Assembly: GCA_019239875.1 (NCBI GenBank) | Contig: JAFAZI010000197.1 | Location: 162 to 64,161, forward strand | Direction: 5' to 3' | Origin: Frankiaceae bacterium | GTDB taxonomy: Bacteria; Actinomycetota; Actinomycetes; JAFAQI01 | DNA length: 64,000 nt | Part shown: positions 1-10,142 of the stretch, one piece after another | How the letters are laid out: each line of letters begins with the position of its first letter | Position numbering within the stretch: position 1 is the stretch's first letter | Notes under the pieces: generated by a model | The model's database searches: none | Told to the model about the DNA's origin: nothing | Seen by the model: the letters and a program-made list of their open reading frames with translations, nothing else | Program-made: the position numbers and the translations under genes

Positions 1-1158
1 GTTGCCGCCGTTCGCGTGAACGAACCCCCAGCCTCCGTTGCGAAGCAGCGGCACCATCGCAGCGATCGCCTGACCGCTGGAGTTGGAGACCGGCGCGCCG
101 GCGAAGCCAAGACCGCCCGTGACCGTGAGCTCTCGCGTCAAGTCGAAGCCCAGCGCCGCCGCCGACATGCGCACGATGGCGGGGAAGCACGCGTAGAGGT
201 CGACGTGATCAACCGTCTCGGGAGTGACACCGGCGTACTCCATCGCCGCGCCGCCGGCGGCAGCCAGCGCCGGCGTCTCATGGAGCAGGTTGCGGTGCAC
301 CACCTGCCAGGTCTCGTGACTCGAGGTCGACACATGGGGATAGACGAACCGATCCTCGGCGATCCCCGCCGCCTCGGCGGTCGCAACGCTGGTGATGATG
401 ACCGCGGAGCTCATGTCGACGGTGTTGTTCGCGACGTGTGCCTTCGTATAGGGAAACGAGATCATCCGGTTGTCGGGAGTCGCCTCGCGGATCTCCGCCG
501 CCGTTCTTGGCGTTCGATCCCACGCGTAGGGGTTGCGCGCCGCCACCTGGCTGAACCGCTCCCACAGCTCGGAGATCTCGTTGCGGTGGTCGTCCATCGA
601 CGTACCGGTGTGGATCCGGAGGCTGTCGTCGAGCAGTGCGTACGCCGTCGCGGCAACGCCCAGCACGCGCATCTCCTCGATCATCTCGGGCTCGAACGCA
701 CCGATCGACTCCGGAGTGCCGGCACCCGCATCCGTGTTCCATGCGCGCTCGACGTCGAGCGCCCGCAACTTCTTACGGGCTGCGCCTGCCTCGCCGCCGA
801 CGACGACCGCGACGTCGATCTCGCCGCGCGCGACGCGTTCCGCCGCGATGCCGACCAGGTCTTGCGGCGCACTGCCCGAAATGGCGGCGAGTGCGGTGCG
901 GGCGCCAGGCGCATCGATCGCCGCTGCAACGAGACGGCCCGGGTCCTGGTAGCTCCAGAAGCCGCCGACGACGGCGATCCAGTCGGCCTTGTTGAGCAGG
1001 CCGGGTGCGCCGGCGTCGGCAGCGGCATCTCGAACTGCTTGCGTCATGAGCTCGATCGGGCCGAGCACCTCGGCGGGATCGGACCAATCCTCGGAGCGTT
1101 GGATGACCTGCGCCGCCCCGACGATGACCGGTCGCTGTGCCTCCGCCACGTCGAGCAT
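1..1158 (-). CDS. Thiolase-like acetyl-CoA acetyltransferase family protein (3' end outside the window)
   Basis: Not in the ORF track. Manual translation from ATG 1158: MLDVAEAQRPVIVGAAQVIQR...PIELMTQAVRDAAADAG...WSYQDPG...SGSAPQDLV...VAVVVGGEA, a thiolase-like N-terminus. AGGA lies upstream. Confidence 0.7.
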   Translation of the reverse strand, partial: MLDVAEAQRPVIVGAAQVIQRSEDWSDPAEVLGPIELMTQAVRDAAADAGAPGLLNKADWIAVVGGFWSYQDPGRLVAAAIDAPGARTALAAISGSAPQDLVGIAAERVARGEIDVAVVVGGEAGAARKKLRALDVERAWNTDAGAGTPESIGAFEPEMIEEMRVLGVAATAYALLDDSLRIHTGTSMDDHRNEISELWERFSQVAARNPYAWDRTPRTAAEIREATPDNRMISFPYTKAHVANNTVDMSSAVIITSVATAEAAGIAEDRFVYPHVSTSSHETWQVVHRNLLHETPALAAAGGAAMEYAGVTPETVDHVDLYACFPAIVRMSAAALGFDLTRELTVTGGLGFAGAPVSNSSGQAIAAMVPLLRNGGWGFVHANGGN

Positions 1159-1195
1159 TGTTTCCTGTCGTGCCCGACGCCGTAGGGTCGGCCTC

Positions 1196-1420
1196 ATGAC
1201 CGATGGTGATCTTGCTCAGTACGTCGTGTCGATGGCGCACGATCTGCGGACACCGCTCACCTCGATCCGAGGATTCGCCGACGTGCTGGTTCGCGGTGCG
1301 GACCGGCTGTCGGATGAGAACCGGCTGGACTACCTCGAGCGGATCAAGGCCGCGGCGGCCTCGCTCGACGAGATGATCACCCAGCTGGCGACGACCGCCG
1401 GTGACGCCGTACCGGACTGA
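1196..1420 (+). CDS. Stand-alone histidine kinase dimerisation/phosphoacceptor (HisKA) domain protein, 74 aa
   Basis: H-box MAHDLRTPLTSIRGFADVL followed by helix RLDYLERIKAAAASLDEMITQL. No ATPase domain. Confidence 0.7.
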   Translation: MTDGDLAQYVVSMAHDLRTPLTSIRGFADVLVRGADRLSDENRLDYLERIKAAAASLDEMITQLATTAGDAVPD

Positions 1421-1463
1421 GCCGTACCGGTGAGCCGTCGCGGATCTGCTCGCTGAGGTCTGC

Positions 1464-3623
1464 CTACGCTGCGGCGGGGTCGGGGTACATCGTCAGAAGC
1501 GTGTCGGCGTTCACCGGTCGGCCGTAGAGCCAGCCCTGAGCATGCGGGCAGCCGAGCTCGATCAGGCGATCGGCCACCGGCGGCTCCTCGATCCCCTCGG
1601 CCACGATGTCGAGGTTGAGGGCCGTGCCAAGGCGGATCACCGACTCGACGATGGCGAGGTCGGTCGGTGAGGACAGGACGCCGGAGACGAACGACCGGTC
1701 GACCTTGACCGTGTCGACAGGCAGCGACCGGAGGTAGGTGAGCGACCCGTAGCCCGTGCCGAAGTCGTCGAGCGCGATCTTCACGCCGTTCTCCGACAGC
1801 GTGCGCAGTTCACTCAGCCCGGAACCGACCAGGTCGACCAGCTGGCGTTCGGTGACCTCCAGGGTGAGGGCGCCGGGTTTCAGCTCGTAGTCCTCGCACA
1901 TCCGGGCCACCGTCGCCGCCAGGTCGGACCGGAGCAGCTGCTTCGCGGAGACGTTGATCGACATGGACAGGTTGCTGTTCGGGGACTGCCATTGCGCGAG
2001 CGTTGCGCACGCCTGCTCGAGCACCCACTGCCCGATCGGGACGATGAGGCCGGTCTCCTCGGCGACCCGAATGAACTCGGCCGGCGGCATCAACCCGGAC
2101 TGCGGGTGATGCCAACGCAGCAACGCCTCCGCGCCGACGACGCCGCCACTCGCGAGATCGACGATCGGCTGGTAGACCGCGGCCAGCTGGAACTTGTCGA
2201 GCGCGTCGCGCAGGTCGCGCTCGGTTTCGAGTCGGCCCACGGCCTCCGCTCGCAGTGCGTCGTCGAACACCTCCCACCGCGACCGGCCCTTGTCCTTGGC
2301 GCGGTAGAGCGCGGTGTCGGCGTCACGCAGCAGTTCCTCCGCCGTACGGCGCTGATCACCGGAGATCGCGATGCCGACGCTCACCGTCACCGCCAGCTCA
2401 TTGCCGTCGACCGTGACGGGTCGTTCGAGCGTGGCGCGGGTGCGGTCGGCGATCGCGACCGCTTCCAGCTCCGCGGCCCCGGGCTCGGCCGGCAAGTCGT
2501 CGCAGCACACGATGAACTCGTCGCCGCCGATTCGCGCGACGGTGTCGACCGGCCGCACCGCCTCAGGCAAGCGGGCGCCAACGACGCGTAGGAGCTCGTC
2601 GCCGGCGTCATGACCGAGCGAGTCGTTGATCACCTTGAAGTGGTCGAGGTCGAGGTACATCACCGCGACGCTTCGCCCGGAGCGAACCGACCGGGCCAGC
2701 GCCTGCCGGATCCGGTCGAGCGCCAGCAACCGGTTCGGCAGCTGGGTCAAGGCGTCCACGAAGGAGTACTGCTCGATCTGCTCCTGCGCCCGCCTGCGGT
2801 CGTTGACGTCCTCGATCTGGGCGATCGCCTGCCACATGTTGCCGTCGCGGTCACGCAGCAGCGACCCGGTCATCTCGACCCAGGTGGGCTCACCGTCGGC
2901 ACGGATCATGCGAATCTCGATGGCGAACGGACGGTCCGGCCGACCGAGTGCGCGGGTGTAAGCGGCGATCGCCCCGTCGACGTCCTCCGGGTGGATCCAG
3001 TCGACCAGCGGTCGGCCCTCGATCTCCTCGGCGCGGGCTCCGAGGATGACGTGCAGCGCGTGGTTGCTGGCCACGACGCGGCGCGTGCCATCGGGCTCAA
3101 AGGTCGTCAGCGCCATGCCGACGTGGCTGTCCTCGAAGGCGCGGCGGAACCGGTGTTCGCTGACCGCGAGCGCCTCGATCGCTTCGGTCCGCTCGGCCAG
3201 CGCTGTGGCCAGCTCGTTCTGTATCCGTTGGCGCTCGACGGCGTAGCGAACCGTGCGCACCAGGTTGTCGACGTCGATGCGTCCTTTGACGAGGTAGTCC
3301 TGAGCGCCGGCTGCGACGGCTTGGATCGCGAGGCTGTCGCTGTCGGTCCCGGTCAGTACGACGGTGGCCGTGCCGCGGCTCGCCTCCGTGAGGCTCAACA
3401 GCCCGGAGAGACCTTGCGCATCCGGCAGTCCGAGGTCCAGCAGGATGCAGTCGTACGCCTGCGTCGCGAGCCGGGCCGTCGCCTCGGCGATGCTGCTCGC
3501 GTGCGACGTGGTGACAGGAGATGTCGAGTGCCCGAACATCGCGTCGATGAGGACATGGTCGTCGGGCGAGTCGTCGATGACGAGGACTCGGTCGGCCGCC
3601 GTCGGGGGGTTGCTGGCGGTCAT
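1464..3623 (-). CDS. REC-PAS-GGDEF-EAL diguanylate cyclase/phosphodiesterase
   Basis: REC ([19 protein letters not shown]), PAS (WIHPED), intact GGDEF, EAL and DDFGTGY. Start set at MTASNPP. Confidence 0.92.
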   Translation of the reverse strand: MTASNPPTAADRVLVIDDSPDDHVLIDAMFGHSTSPVTTSHASSIAEATARLATQAYDCILLDLGLPDAQGLSGLLSLTEASRGTATVVLTGTDSDSLAIQAVAAGAQDYLVKGRIDVDNLVRTVRYAVERQRIQNELATALAERTEAIEALAVSEHRFRRAFEDSHVGMALTTFEPDGTRRVVASNHALHVILGARAEEIEGRPLVDWIHPEDVDGAIAAYTRALGRPDRPFAIEIRMIRADGEPTWVEMTGSLLRDRDGNMWQAIAQIEDVNDRRRAQEQIEQYSFVDALTQLPNRLLALDRIRQALARSVRSGRSVAVMYLDLDHFKVINDSLGHDAGDELLRVVGARLPEAVRPVDTVARIGGDEFIVCCDDLPAEPGAAELEAVAIADRTRATLERPVTVDGNELAVTVSVGIAISGDQRRTAEELLRDADTALYRAKDKGRSRWEVFDDALRAEAVGRLETERDLRDALDKFQLAAVYQPIVDLASGGVVGAEALLRWHHPQSGLMPPAEFIRVAEETGLIVPIGQWVLEQACATLAQWQSPNSNLSMSINVSAKQLLRSDLAATVARMCEDYELKPGALTLEVTERQLVDLVGSGLSELRTLSENGVKIALDDFGTGYGSLTYLRSLPVDTVKVDRSFVSGVLSSPTDLAIVESVIRLGTALNLDIVAEGIEEPPVADRLIELGCPHAQGWLYGRPVNADTLLTMYPDPAAA

Positions 3624-3852
3624 TTCACCCCCATGTTGACTAGTTGGTTGTCCGACCCCCTCCCGATGCTGAGCATCAGGAGTGACTCGAACCAAGTCCG
3701 CACGCGAGTACTCGCAGTCTGACCCGCCGACACAAGCCCGACAAGTAGCCTGCAGCTTTCATTTCTTGTGTATCGCCCGTCACACTGGCATCAATCCGGC
3801 AAATGGGTGAATTTCAAAACGCTACCGAATTGGATTCTTTTACAGAACAGGC

Positions 3853-3923
3853 GGGCGAAGCGGATTTGGTGTCGTGAATGGCCCGCCAGAAACTCACGTC
3901 GCAACACCAAATCCGCGTCGCTC
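3853..3923. repeat. Long intergenic inverted repeat (REP-like palindrome, family B)
   Basis: Perfect core GCGGATTTGGTGT (3860-3872) / ACACCAAATCCGC (3904-3916), with imperfect pairing extending on both sides. Confidence 0.75.
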
Positions 3924-3955
3924 CTCGCCCGACCGCTGGCCCGGGCGGGCAGGAC

Positions 3956-4573
3956 TCAGTCGGCGTAGATGTTGACCAGCGGTTCGGGGTACGCCGACTC
4001 CGGTGCGCGGCCCGTTGCGACGAGGACGTACGCCATACCGGTCTCATCCGCGGACGGTGCCGTCGGTGTGCAGCCGAGCTTGCCGAGTTCGGTCGTCACG
4101 TGCGAGATCGCGGGCGCCAGGCCAGGACCCAGCTCGGAAGGCCGGCCGACCGCCGCGCGGATGTCGTCGGCGTGCAGGAACGCGTCGTACCAGAGGGCCT
4201 CGACGGCATCGGCGAGCGTGCCGTCGTACCCACCCGGTGCGGGCTGCGACCACGACTCCTCCGGGAACGCGGGAAGCAGCGCCTCGGTGGCCTTGCGGAC
4301 CTCGGCGCACTCGTCGGCCAGCTCCTTCAGCGAGGACGAGCGGCGCTCTGCGACCTCGCGCTCGGTAACCTCAGGCGTGCCCAAACCCTCCAGCCGGCCG
4401 GCGGCGATGTCTGCCATCGTGCCGATCATGTGGGCGGACACGTCGCCGACGCTCCAGCCCGTGCAGCGGGTGGGGGTGTCCCGGTCCTCACTCGGCAGCG
4501 AGCGGAGGAGTTCCTCGAACCGGTCGAGCTCGGACAGCAGTCCGGCGCTGAGCTGGTCTCTCGTGAAGATCAT
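3956..4573 (-). CDS. Mycothiol-dependent maleylpyruvate isomerase (MDMPI/DinB-like) family protein
   Basis: TPTRCTGWSVGDVSAH and DAFLHADDIRAA motifs. Confidence 0.8.
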   Translation of the reverse strand: MIFTRDQLSAGLLSELDRFEELLRSLPSEDRDTPTRCTGWSVGDVSAHMIGTMADIAAGRLEGLGTPEVTEREVAERRSSSLKELADECAEVRKATEALLPAFPEESWSQPAPGGYDGTLADAVEALWYDAFLHADDIRAAVGRPSELGPGLAPAISHVTTELGKLGCTPTAPSADETGMAYVLVATGRAPESAYPEPLVNIYAD

Positions 4574-4596
4574 TGACGGCCCTCCCAAGGCAACTA

Positions 4597-4613
4597 ACAT
4601 GCAGGCTGCACGC
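4597..4613. promoter_or_regulatory. Putative TetR operator between divergent genes
   Basis: Palindrome TGCAG-G-CTGCA within ACATGCAGGCTGCACGC, immediately before the TetR start codon. Confidence 0.4.
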
Positions 4614-4617
4614 ATTT

Positions 4618-5241
4618 ATGTCAGATAAGGAGCCCGCCGTCAAGCCGTCGTCAGCGACGCCCGCCAGGCGCACGCAGAGTGAACGCAGAGCGGCCACCCG
4701 CGGCGCGCTCGTCGCGGCGGCTCGCGCGCTGTTCGCCGAACGCGGTTTCGCCGGAGTGAGTCGCGAGGAGATCGTCGAGCGCGCCGGCGTGACCCGCGGC
4801 GCGATGTATCACTACTTCGCGTCGAAGGAGGACCTGTTCCGCGCGGTCTACGAGGAGGTCGAACGCGACTTGTGCGAGGCGATCGCCGTCGCGGCGATGA
4901 CCGCAGGGGACGACCCGGTCGAGGAGCTGCGCCTCGGCTCGGTCGAGTTCCTGCGGTCGGCGACCCGGGGCGAGGTACGGCGGATCGCGGTGCTCGACTC
5001 TCCGGCGGTACTCGACGCCGAGACCCGCAACGCCGTTGCGGAGCAGTACGGCCTCGGAATGCTGCGGGCCGCGCTCGCCGCCGTCGACGGCGCCGGGCGA
5101 CTCGCCGCCGGTCCGGCCGACCAGCTGGCGCCGATGCTGATGGCGGTGCTTCACGAAGCGGCGACGCAGATCGCCGACGGTGCCGACCCGGCCACCACGA
5201 TCGGGCTGGTCGAAGCGCTGCTCGAGCGCATCACGACGTGA
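4618..5241 (+). CDS. TetR/AcrR family transcriptional regulator
   Basis: HTH LFAERGFAGVSREEIVERAGVTRGAMYHYFASKEDLF. Confidence 0.92.
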   Translation: MSDKEPAVKPSSATPARRTQSERRAATRGALVAAARALFAERGFAGVSREEIVERAGVTRGAMYHYFASKEDLFRAVYEEVERDLCEAIAVAAMTAGDDPVEELRLGSVEFLRSATRGEVRRIAVLDSPAVLDAETRNAVAEQYGLGMLRAALAAVDGAGRLAAGPADQLAPMLMAVLHEAATQIADGADPATTIGLVEALLERITT

Positions 5242-5350
5242 CGCGCAGGCGGCCACCTTGCCGGAAGGCTGACACAACGCGCCGTTGTGGTTGAGCACTC
5301 CGATTGCCAGTGCGAGACTGCGGCTCTCTGCAACGGACATGGGGGACTGG

Positions 5351-7420
5351 GTGGGCTACTACATCGGGGTTGACCTCGGGACGACGTACACGGCTGCTGC
5401 CGTCGCCCGAGACGACCGCGTCGAGGTAGCGGCGCTCGGCAACCACTCGACGGCTGTGTCGTCCGTCCTCTGGGTGGGTGAGCAGGGTGACGTGCTCGTC
5501 GGCGATGCCGCGCAGCGCCGAGCGCTGTCCGATCCCGCCCGCGTTGCCCGGGAGTTCAAGCGCCGCCTCGGTGACACGACCCCGCTGTTGCTCGGCGGCA
5601 CGCCGTACTCGGCGGAGGCACTGTCGGCGAAGCTGCTGTCGTGGGTCGTCGCGGAGGTGACCCGGACTGAGGGCGCGCCGCCGGACGGCGTCGCCGTCAC
5701 CCACCCGGCCAACTGGGGCTCGTACAAGAAGGACCTGCTCGCCCAGGCCGTCCGGCTGGCCGACCTTCCGGCGGCGACAACCCTCACCGAGCCACAGGCC
5801 GCCGCGATCTTCTATGCCTCGCAACAGCGGGTCGAGGCGGGTGACGTGGTCGCGGTCTTCGACCTGGGTGGCGGCACCTTCGACGCGGCTGTGATCCGCA
5901 AGGTCGACGACGGCCGGTTCGACATCCTGGGCGAGCCGGAGGGCATCGAGCGACTCGGTGGGATCGATTTCGACGATGCGGTCTACGCCCATGTCACCGC
6001 GATGGCGCAGGAGGCCATCGACGGTCTCGACCCGGACGATCCGACGGCGGTGACCGCGGTCGCGAGGCTGCGCGAGGAGTGCGTCGAGGCGAAGGAGGTG
6101 CTGTCCTCCGACACGGAGACGACGGTTCCGGTGATCCTGCCGTCGATGTCCACCGAGGTGCGGTTGACCCGGGCCGAGTTCGAGGACATGATCCGGCCCC
6201 GGATCGAGGACGCCATCGGGGCGATGCGCCGCTCGCTGGCCACCGCCGAGGTCGAACCGAAGGACGTCAAGGCGATCCTGCTGGTCGGCGGGTCGTCGCG
6301 GATCCCGCTGATCGCGCAGATGGTGTCGGCGGCCTTCGGCCGGCCGGTGGCCGTTGACGCCCATCCCAAGAACGCCATCGCGATGGGGGCGGCGATCGCT
6401 GCCCGGACGGCCGCGGAGGGGCCGGTTGCCGAGGCGGCCGCCGTCGAGGAGCCGCCGCTGCCCGTGCAGCCGGAACGGGACACGACCGCAGTGCTGGGAT
6501 CACCGCTTGCCGATGCCGAGCTGGCTCCGACCACCCCCCTCGTCACGCCGCCGTCGGTGCCCCCGCCGCCCCCGACCGCGAAGGGCGGCCGGAGCAAGGC
6601 AGCGATGATCCTGCCGGCGTTGCTCGGCCTCGCGCTCGTCGCCGGCGGCGCCTATTACATGTTCGGGCGCGACAAGGGCCACGACCACAACAAGTCCAAG
6701 GCGTCGTCATCGTCAGGGACTTCGGGGTCGAGCGGGTCGAGTGGCTCGAGCAGCGGGGGGACACCGACCACGGCACCGACGCCGCACGAGATCCTGACCG
6801 AGGACCTCCTGCTCAACCCGGCGAGTGACACCACACCGGTCGACTCCCACGGCTCGATCGAGTGCCAGAACGTCGCCGCCTGGGCGCGCGGGGTCGACCC
6901 GTCGACGGCTGGCTCCAACTTCCAGACGCAGTGCGTCCGGGTCACGTGGCAGAAGGACGGGTCGGACGAGCAGGTTGTCGCGGCCTTCACGACGACCGCC
7001 GATGGGTCGCTGTCGCCGCGGGTGGAGATCCTGACCCAGGACGCCTCCGGCATGTGGATCCCGGTGCTCGACGCGGACGGATCGGCGGAGAGCTTCTCGA
7101 AGGCCACGATCAGCGACCCCTCCCTGACCGGGAGCGGCGAGGTCGACCCCGAGTTCGTCGTCAACTGGCACAAGAACGACGGCGCTCAGCAGACCACGAT
7201 CGTGCAGAGCAACAACGGGGTGCCGGCGGTCATCGGCCAGACCATCGAGGCGTTCCAGGCGAGCCTCGTGATCAGCGGCTCGCGAATCGTCATCTACGGC
7301 GCCAAGACCGACGGCGGCGACCTGCGGCAGAACACCATCACCTGGAACTCCTCGCAGGGGAAGTACTTCGGGTTGTTCAACTACGACGTGCACCCGCCGG
7401 TCCCGTCGTCCTCGCTGTGA
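5351..7420 (+). CDS. Membrane-anchored Hsp70-family protein (ATPase domain, Pro-rich linker, TM helix, extracytoplasmic domain)
   Basis: GVDLGTTYT, VFDLGGGTFD and LLVGGSSRIP motifs. No DnaK substrate-binding domain. TM segment MILPALLGLALVAGGAYYMF, then a Ser/Gly linker. Alternative start ATG 5339. Confidence 0.88.
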   Translation: MGYYIGVDLGTTYTAAAVARDDRVEVAALGNHSTAVSSVLWVGEQGDVLVGDAAQRRALSDPARVAREFKRRLGDTTPLLLGGTPYSAEALSAKLLSWVVAEVTRTEGAPPDGVAVTHPANWGSYKKDLLAQAVRLADLPAATTLTEPQAAAIFYASQQRVEAGDVVAVFDLGGGTFDAAVIRKVDDGRFDILGEPEGIERLGGIDFDDAVYAHVTAMAQEAIDGLDPDDPTAVTAVARLREECVEAKEVLSSDTETTVPVILPSMSTEVRLTRAEFEDMIRPRIEDAIGAMRRSLATAEVEPKDVKAILLVGGSSRIPLIAQMVSAAFGRPVAVDAHPKNAIAMGAAIAARTAAEGPVAEAAAVEEPPLPVQPERDTTAVLGSPLADAELAPTTPLVTPPSVPPPPPTAKGGRSKAAMILPALLGLALVAGGAYYMFGRDKGHDHNKSKASSSSGTSGSSGSSGSSSGGTPTTAPTPHEILTEDLLLNPASDTTPVDSHGSIECQNVAAWARGVDPSTAGSNFQTQCVRVTWQKDGSDEQVVAAFTTTADGSLSPRVEILTQDASGMWIPVLDADGSAESFSKATISDPSLTGSGEVDPEFVVNWHKNDGAQQTTIVQSNNGVPAVIGQTIEAFQASLVISGSRIVIYGAKTDGGDLRQNTITWNSSQGKYFGLFNYDVHPPVPSSSL

Positions 7421-7449
7421 TCACCGCCGAAGGAGACTGAGAGCACGCC

Positions 7450-8274
7450 ATGGCATCGCTGCAGGAGCTGTTGAAATGGCTCGAGCAGTTCATGCACGGC
7501 AACCTCTCGCAGCACAACCAGCCGCACGCCCCAACCAGCGCAGCCGGCGCGGTGCCTCATGCGTCCATGCCCTCCATGTCGTCGATGCCGCACGCGCCGA
7601 TGCCGGCCGGCGCGGATCATCCAGGGCTGCCGCCTGGGCTGGCCGGCGCCTCACCGCAGGAACTTCAGGCGGCCATGCAGCAGTTCACCGAGCGCCACCC
7701 GGAGCTCGCGCCGTACCTGCACATCGACGGGTCGACCGATCTGCAGTCGATGCTCAGCCAGCTGCAGTCGATCCCGGTGGAGGCGTTGCAGGGCTTCACG
7801 CCGTCGACCGACCTGGCCGAACCTGACGGCTTCGACCTCGGCGGCCCGATGGCCGCGGAGTTCGGCGTGCCCGGGTTCGATGCCGAGGACGTCAGCAACT
7901 TCAACAGTTTCGCTGATGGGCTCGGGTCCGGCGGCGCCGGCGAGCTCTCCGATCTGCCGTCCGTGCTGCTGGACCCGACAGCCGGTGAGTTCGGCCCGTT
8001 GCCGACGTCGGTGGGCGCCGGCATCGGCGACGACTACGACGCGTTGGCCGGAGCCCTGTCGGGTGACCTGGGCGCCGACTACACCGACCTGCTGGAGAAC
8101 GTGCCGACGGTCAGCTTCGAGCCAGATCTACCGACCGTCGAGCCGATCGGGGAGAGCTTCGATCCGGCCACCCAGGACTTCGACGCCGGGCTTCCGGCGT
8201 ACGACGAGCAGCAGTTCGAGGCACCGCTGCACGGCGAGGACTTCACCCAGGTCGAGGACTACCAGGACCAATGA
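7450..8274 (+). CDS. Highly acidic hypothetical protein in the IniB/Rv0340 position
   Basis: Strong RBS (AAGGAG). Stop overlaps the dynamin start (ATGA). Only one Lys and one Arg. GLAGASPQELQAAM weakly resembles the IniB N-terminal domain. Confidence 0.7.
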   Translation: MASLQELLKWLEQFMHGNLSQHNQPHAPTSAAGAVPHASMPSMSSMPHAPMPAGADHPGLPPGLAGASPQELQAAMQQFTERHPELAPYLHIDGSTDLQSMLSQLQSIPVEALQGFTPSTDLAEPDGFDLGGPMAAEFGVPGFDAEDVSNFNSFADGLGSGGAGELSDLPSVLLDPTAGEFGPLPTSVGAGIGDDYDALAGALSGDLGADYTDLLENVPTVSFEPDLPTVEPIGESFDPATQDFDAGLPAYDEQQFEAPLHGEDFTQVEDYQDQ

Positions 8275-10142
8275 CAGCGCCGAATCCAACCCCCGCGGCC
8301 GCGCCCGATGCGGGCAAGCAACGCGGCGAGCTGATCAAGGTCATGGCGGCCGCCGCCACCGCGGCGCAGAACGGCAAACGCGGCGACCTGGTCAAGAAGC
8401 TGCAGTCGGCGACGGCGCGCCTGACCTCCAGCGGTGCGCGGGTCGCGGTTGTCGGGGAGTTCAAGAAGGGCAAGAGCTCGGTCGTCAACTCGCTCATCGG
8501 CGGCGCGGTGTGCCCGGTCGACGACGACATCAGCACCGCCGTACCGACCGTTCTGCGCTATGCGGACACGCTGTCCATCACAGGCGTCGCCCTCGAGGGC
8601 GAGCCACCGAAGGAGGTCGCCAAAGAGCTCAGCAAGGAGCAGATGGGCAAGGCGATTCGCGGTGCGGGTGACTTCCAGCGCGTGGAGATTGCGCTGCCGA
8701 GCCCCTTGCTCAAGACCGGACTGGTGGTCATCGACACGCCGGGTGTCGGTGGTCTGCAGTCGGAGCACGCGTTGCGAACGCTCGCGATGCTGCCGTCCGT
8801 GCATGCGCTGCTGTTCGTCTCGGACGCGACGCAGGAGCTGACCGCTCCAGAGATCGCCTTTCTCGCCAACGCGCGGCGCCTGTGCTCCAACGTCGTCTGC
8901 GTCCTCGCGAAGACCGACATCTTCCCGTTCGTCGATGCGGTGGTCGAGGCGAACCAGAAGCATCTGACGAACGCCGGGATTGCCGCTCCGATGATGACGG
9001 TCTCCTGCGAGCTTCGAGCCCGCGCCCGGGCGGCGAAGGACCCGGTGCTGGGCGAGGCGTCGGGATTCGGGCCGCTCGAGGCGATGCTCGTCACGCGGAT
9101 CGCGGCGAACGCCGAGGCGTTGGCAATGCGCGCCGCCGCCGCCGATGTGTTGAGCGTTCTCGACCAGCTGTCCAAGCCGCTGGCAGCGGTGCGGGAGGCG
9201 CTGAAGACGCCCGAGAACCAGGCCGAGCTGCAGGCCAATCTCGAAGCGGCGAAGCACCGTGCCGAGTCGCTGCGGGCGCAGACCGCCAAGTGGCAGATGG
9301 TGCTCTCCGACGGCGTGATGGACCTGCAGAACGAGGTCGACCACGACATGCGGGCGCGGATGCGAGCCATCAGCCAGGAGGCAGAAGCGTCACTCGACCA
9401 GAGCGATCCAGTGAAGATGTGGGACGAGTTCGGGCAGTGGCTCGAGACTCGGGTCGTGTACGACGTCACCGAGAACTACGTGATGTTCACCCAGCATGCG
9501 CTCGCCCTGACCGAGCGGGTCGGCGCGATGTTCGCCGAGGACGCCGCTGACCTCGGCGAGGTCGCGAACGTCGCCGCCCCGACTCATCTGCTCGACAAGG
9601 TGATCGACCCTGAGCTCCCGAAGGCCGCCCTGCAGGGAGGCGGTGGTTCGGCCGCGATCTCGTTGTTCCGCAACACCTACAGCGGAATGTCGATGTTCGG
9701 GGCGCTCGGGGGCCAGGGAATGATGCACATCTTCACCGGGGCGATGAACCCGTTGACGCTCGGTCTCGGTCTCGTCCTCGGCAGCCGGTCGGTCAGCGAC
9801 GAGCACACCCGGCAGCTCGAGGCTCGCCGAAACCATGCCAAGGCGGCGGTCCGCAAATACACCGACGAGGCGTCGTTCGTCGTCGGCAAGGACTCCCGCG
9901 ACGCGATCCGCACCTTGCAGCGGTCGGTGCGTGACACGTACTCCGCACTCGCCGAGGAGCTCGTCAGGTCGACCACGACCGCGGTGCAGCAAGCCACCGC
10001 GGCTCTGCAAGGCGCGCAACAGGATCACCAGAAGAAGCTGCAGGCGATCGACGCGACGTTGAAGGCGTATCAGACGCTCGCCGCGCAGGCGGCGAAGTTC
10101 GCGCCGCCCGTCGCCAAGGCAGCCCCGAAGGCAACCGGCTGA
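8271..10142 (+). CDS. iniA: Bacterial dynamin-like GTPase, IniA-like
   Basis: G1 GEFKKGKS, G3 DTPG, G4 AKTD, helical stalk and hydrophobic paddle (FRNTYSGMSMFG...NPLTLGLGLVLG). Symbol reflects family-level similarity. Confidence 0.85.
   Translation: MTAPNPTPAAAPDAGKQRGELIKVMAAAATAAQNGKRGDLVKKLQSATARLTSSGARVAVVGEFKKGKSSVVNSLIGGAVCPVDDDISTAVPTVLRYADTLSITGVALEGEPPKEVAKELSKEQMGKAIRGAGDFQRVEIALPSPLLKTGLVVIDTPGVGGLQSEHALRTLAMLPSVHALLFVSDATQELTAPEIAFLANARRLCSNVVCVLAKTDIFPFVDAVVEANQKHLTNAGIAAPMMTVSCELRARARAAKDPVLGEASGFGPLEAMLVTRIAANAEALAMRAAAADVLSVLDQLSKPLAAVREALKTPENQAELQANLEAAKHRAESLRAQTAKWQMVLSDGVMDLQNEVDHDMRARMRAISQEAEASLDQSDPVKMWDEFGQWLETRVVYDVTENYVMFTQHALALTERVGAMFAEDAADLGEVANVAAPTHLLDKVIDPELPKAALQGGGGSAAISLFRNTYSGMSMFGALGGQGMMHIFTGAMNPLTLGLGLVLGSRSVSDEHTRQLEARRNHAKAAVRKYTDEASFVVGKDSRDAIRTLQRSVRDTYSALAEELVRSTTTAVQQATAALQGAQQDHQKKLQAIDATLKAYQTLAAQAAKFAPPVAKAAPKATG

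Noticed and set aside
16-1185. 389-aa plus-strand ORF
   Set aside because: Antisense shadow of the thiolase-like gene; Arg-rich with no recognisable motifs.
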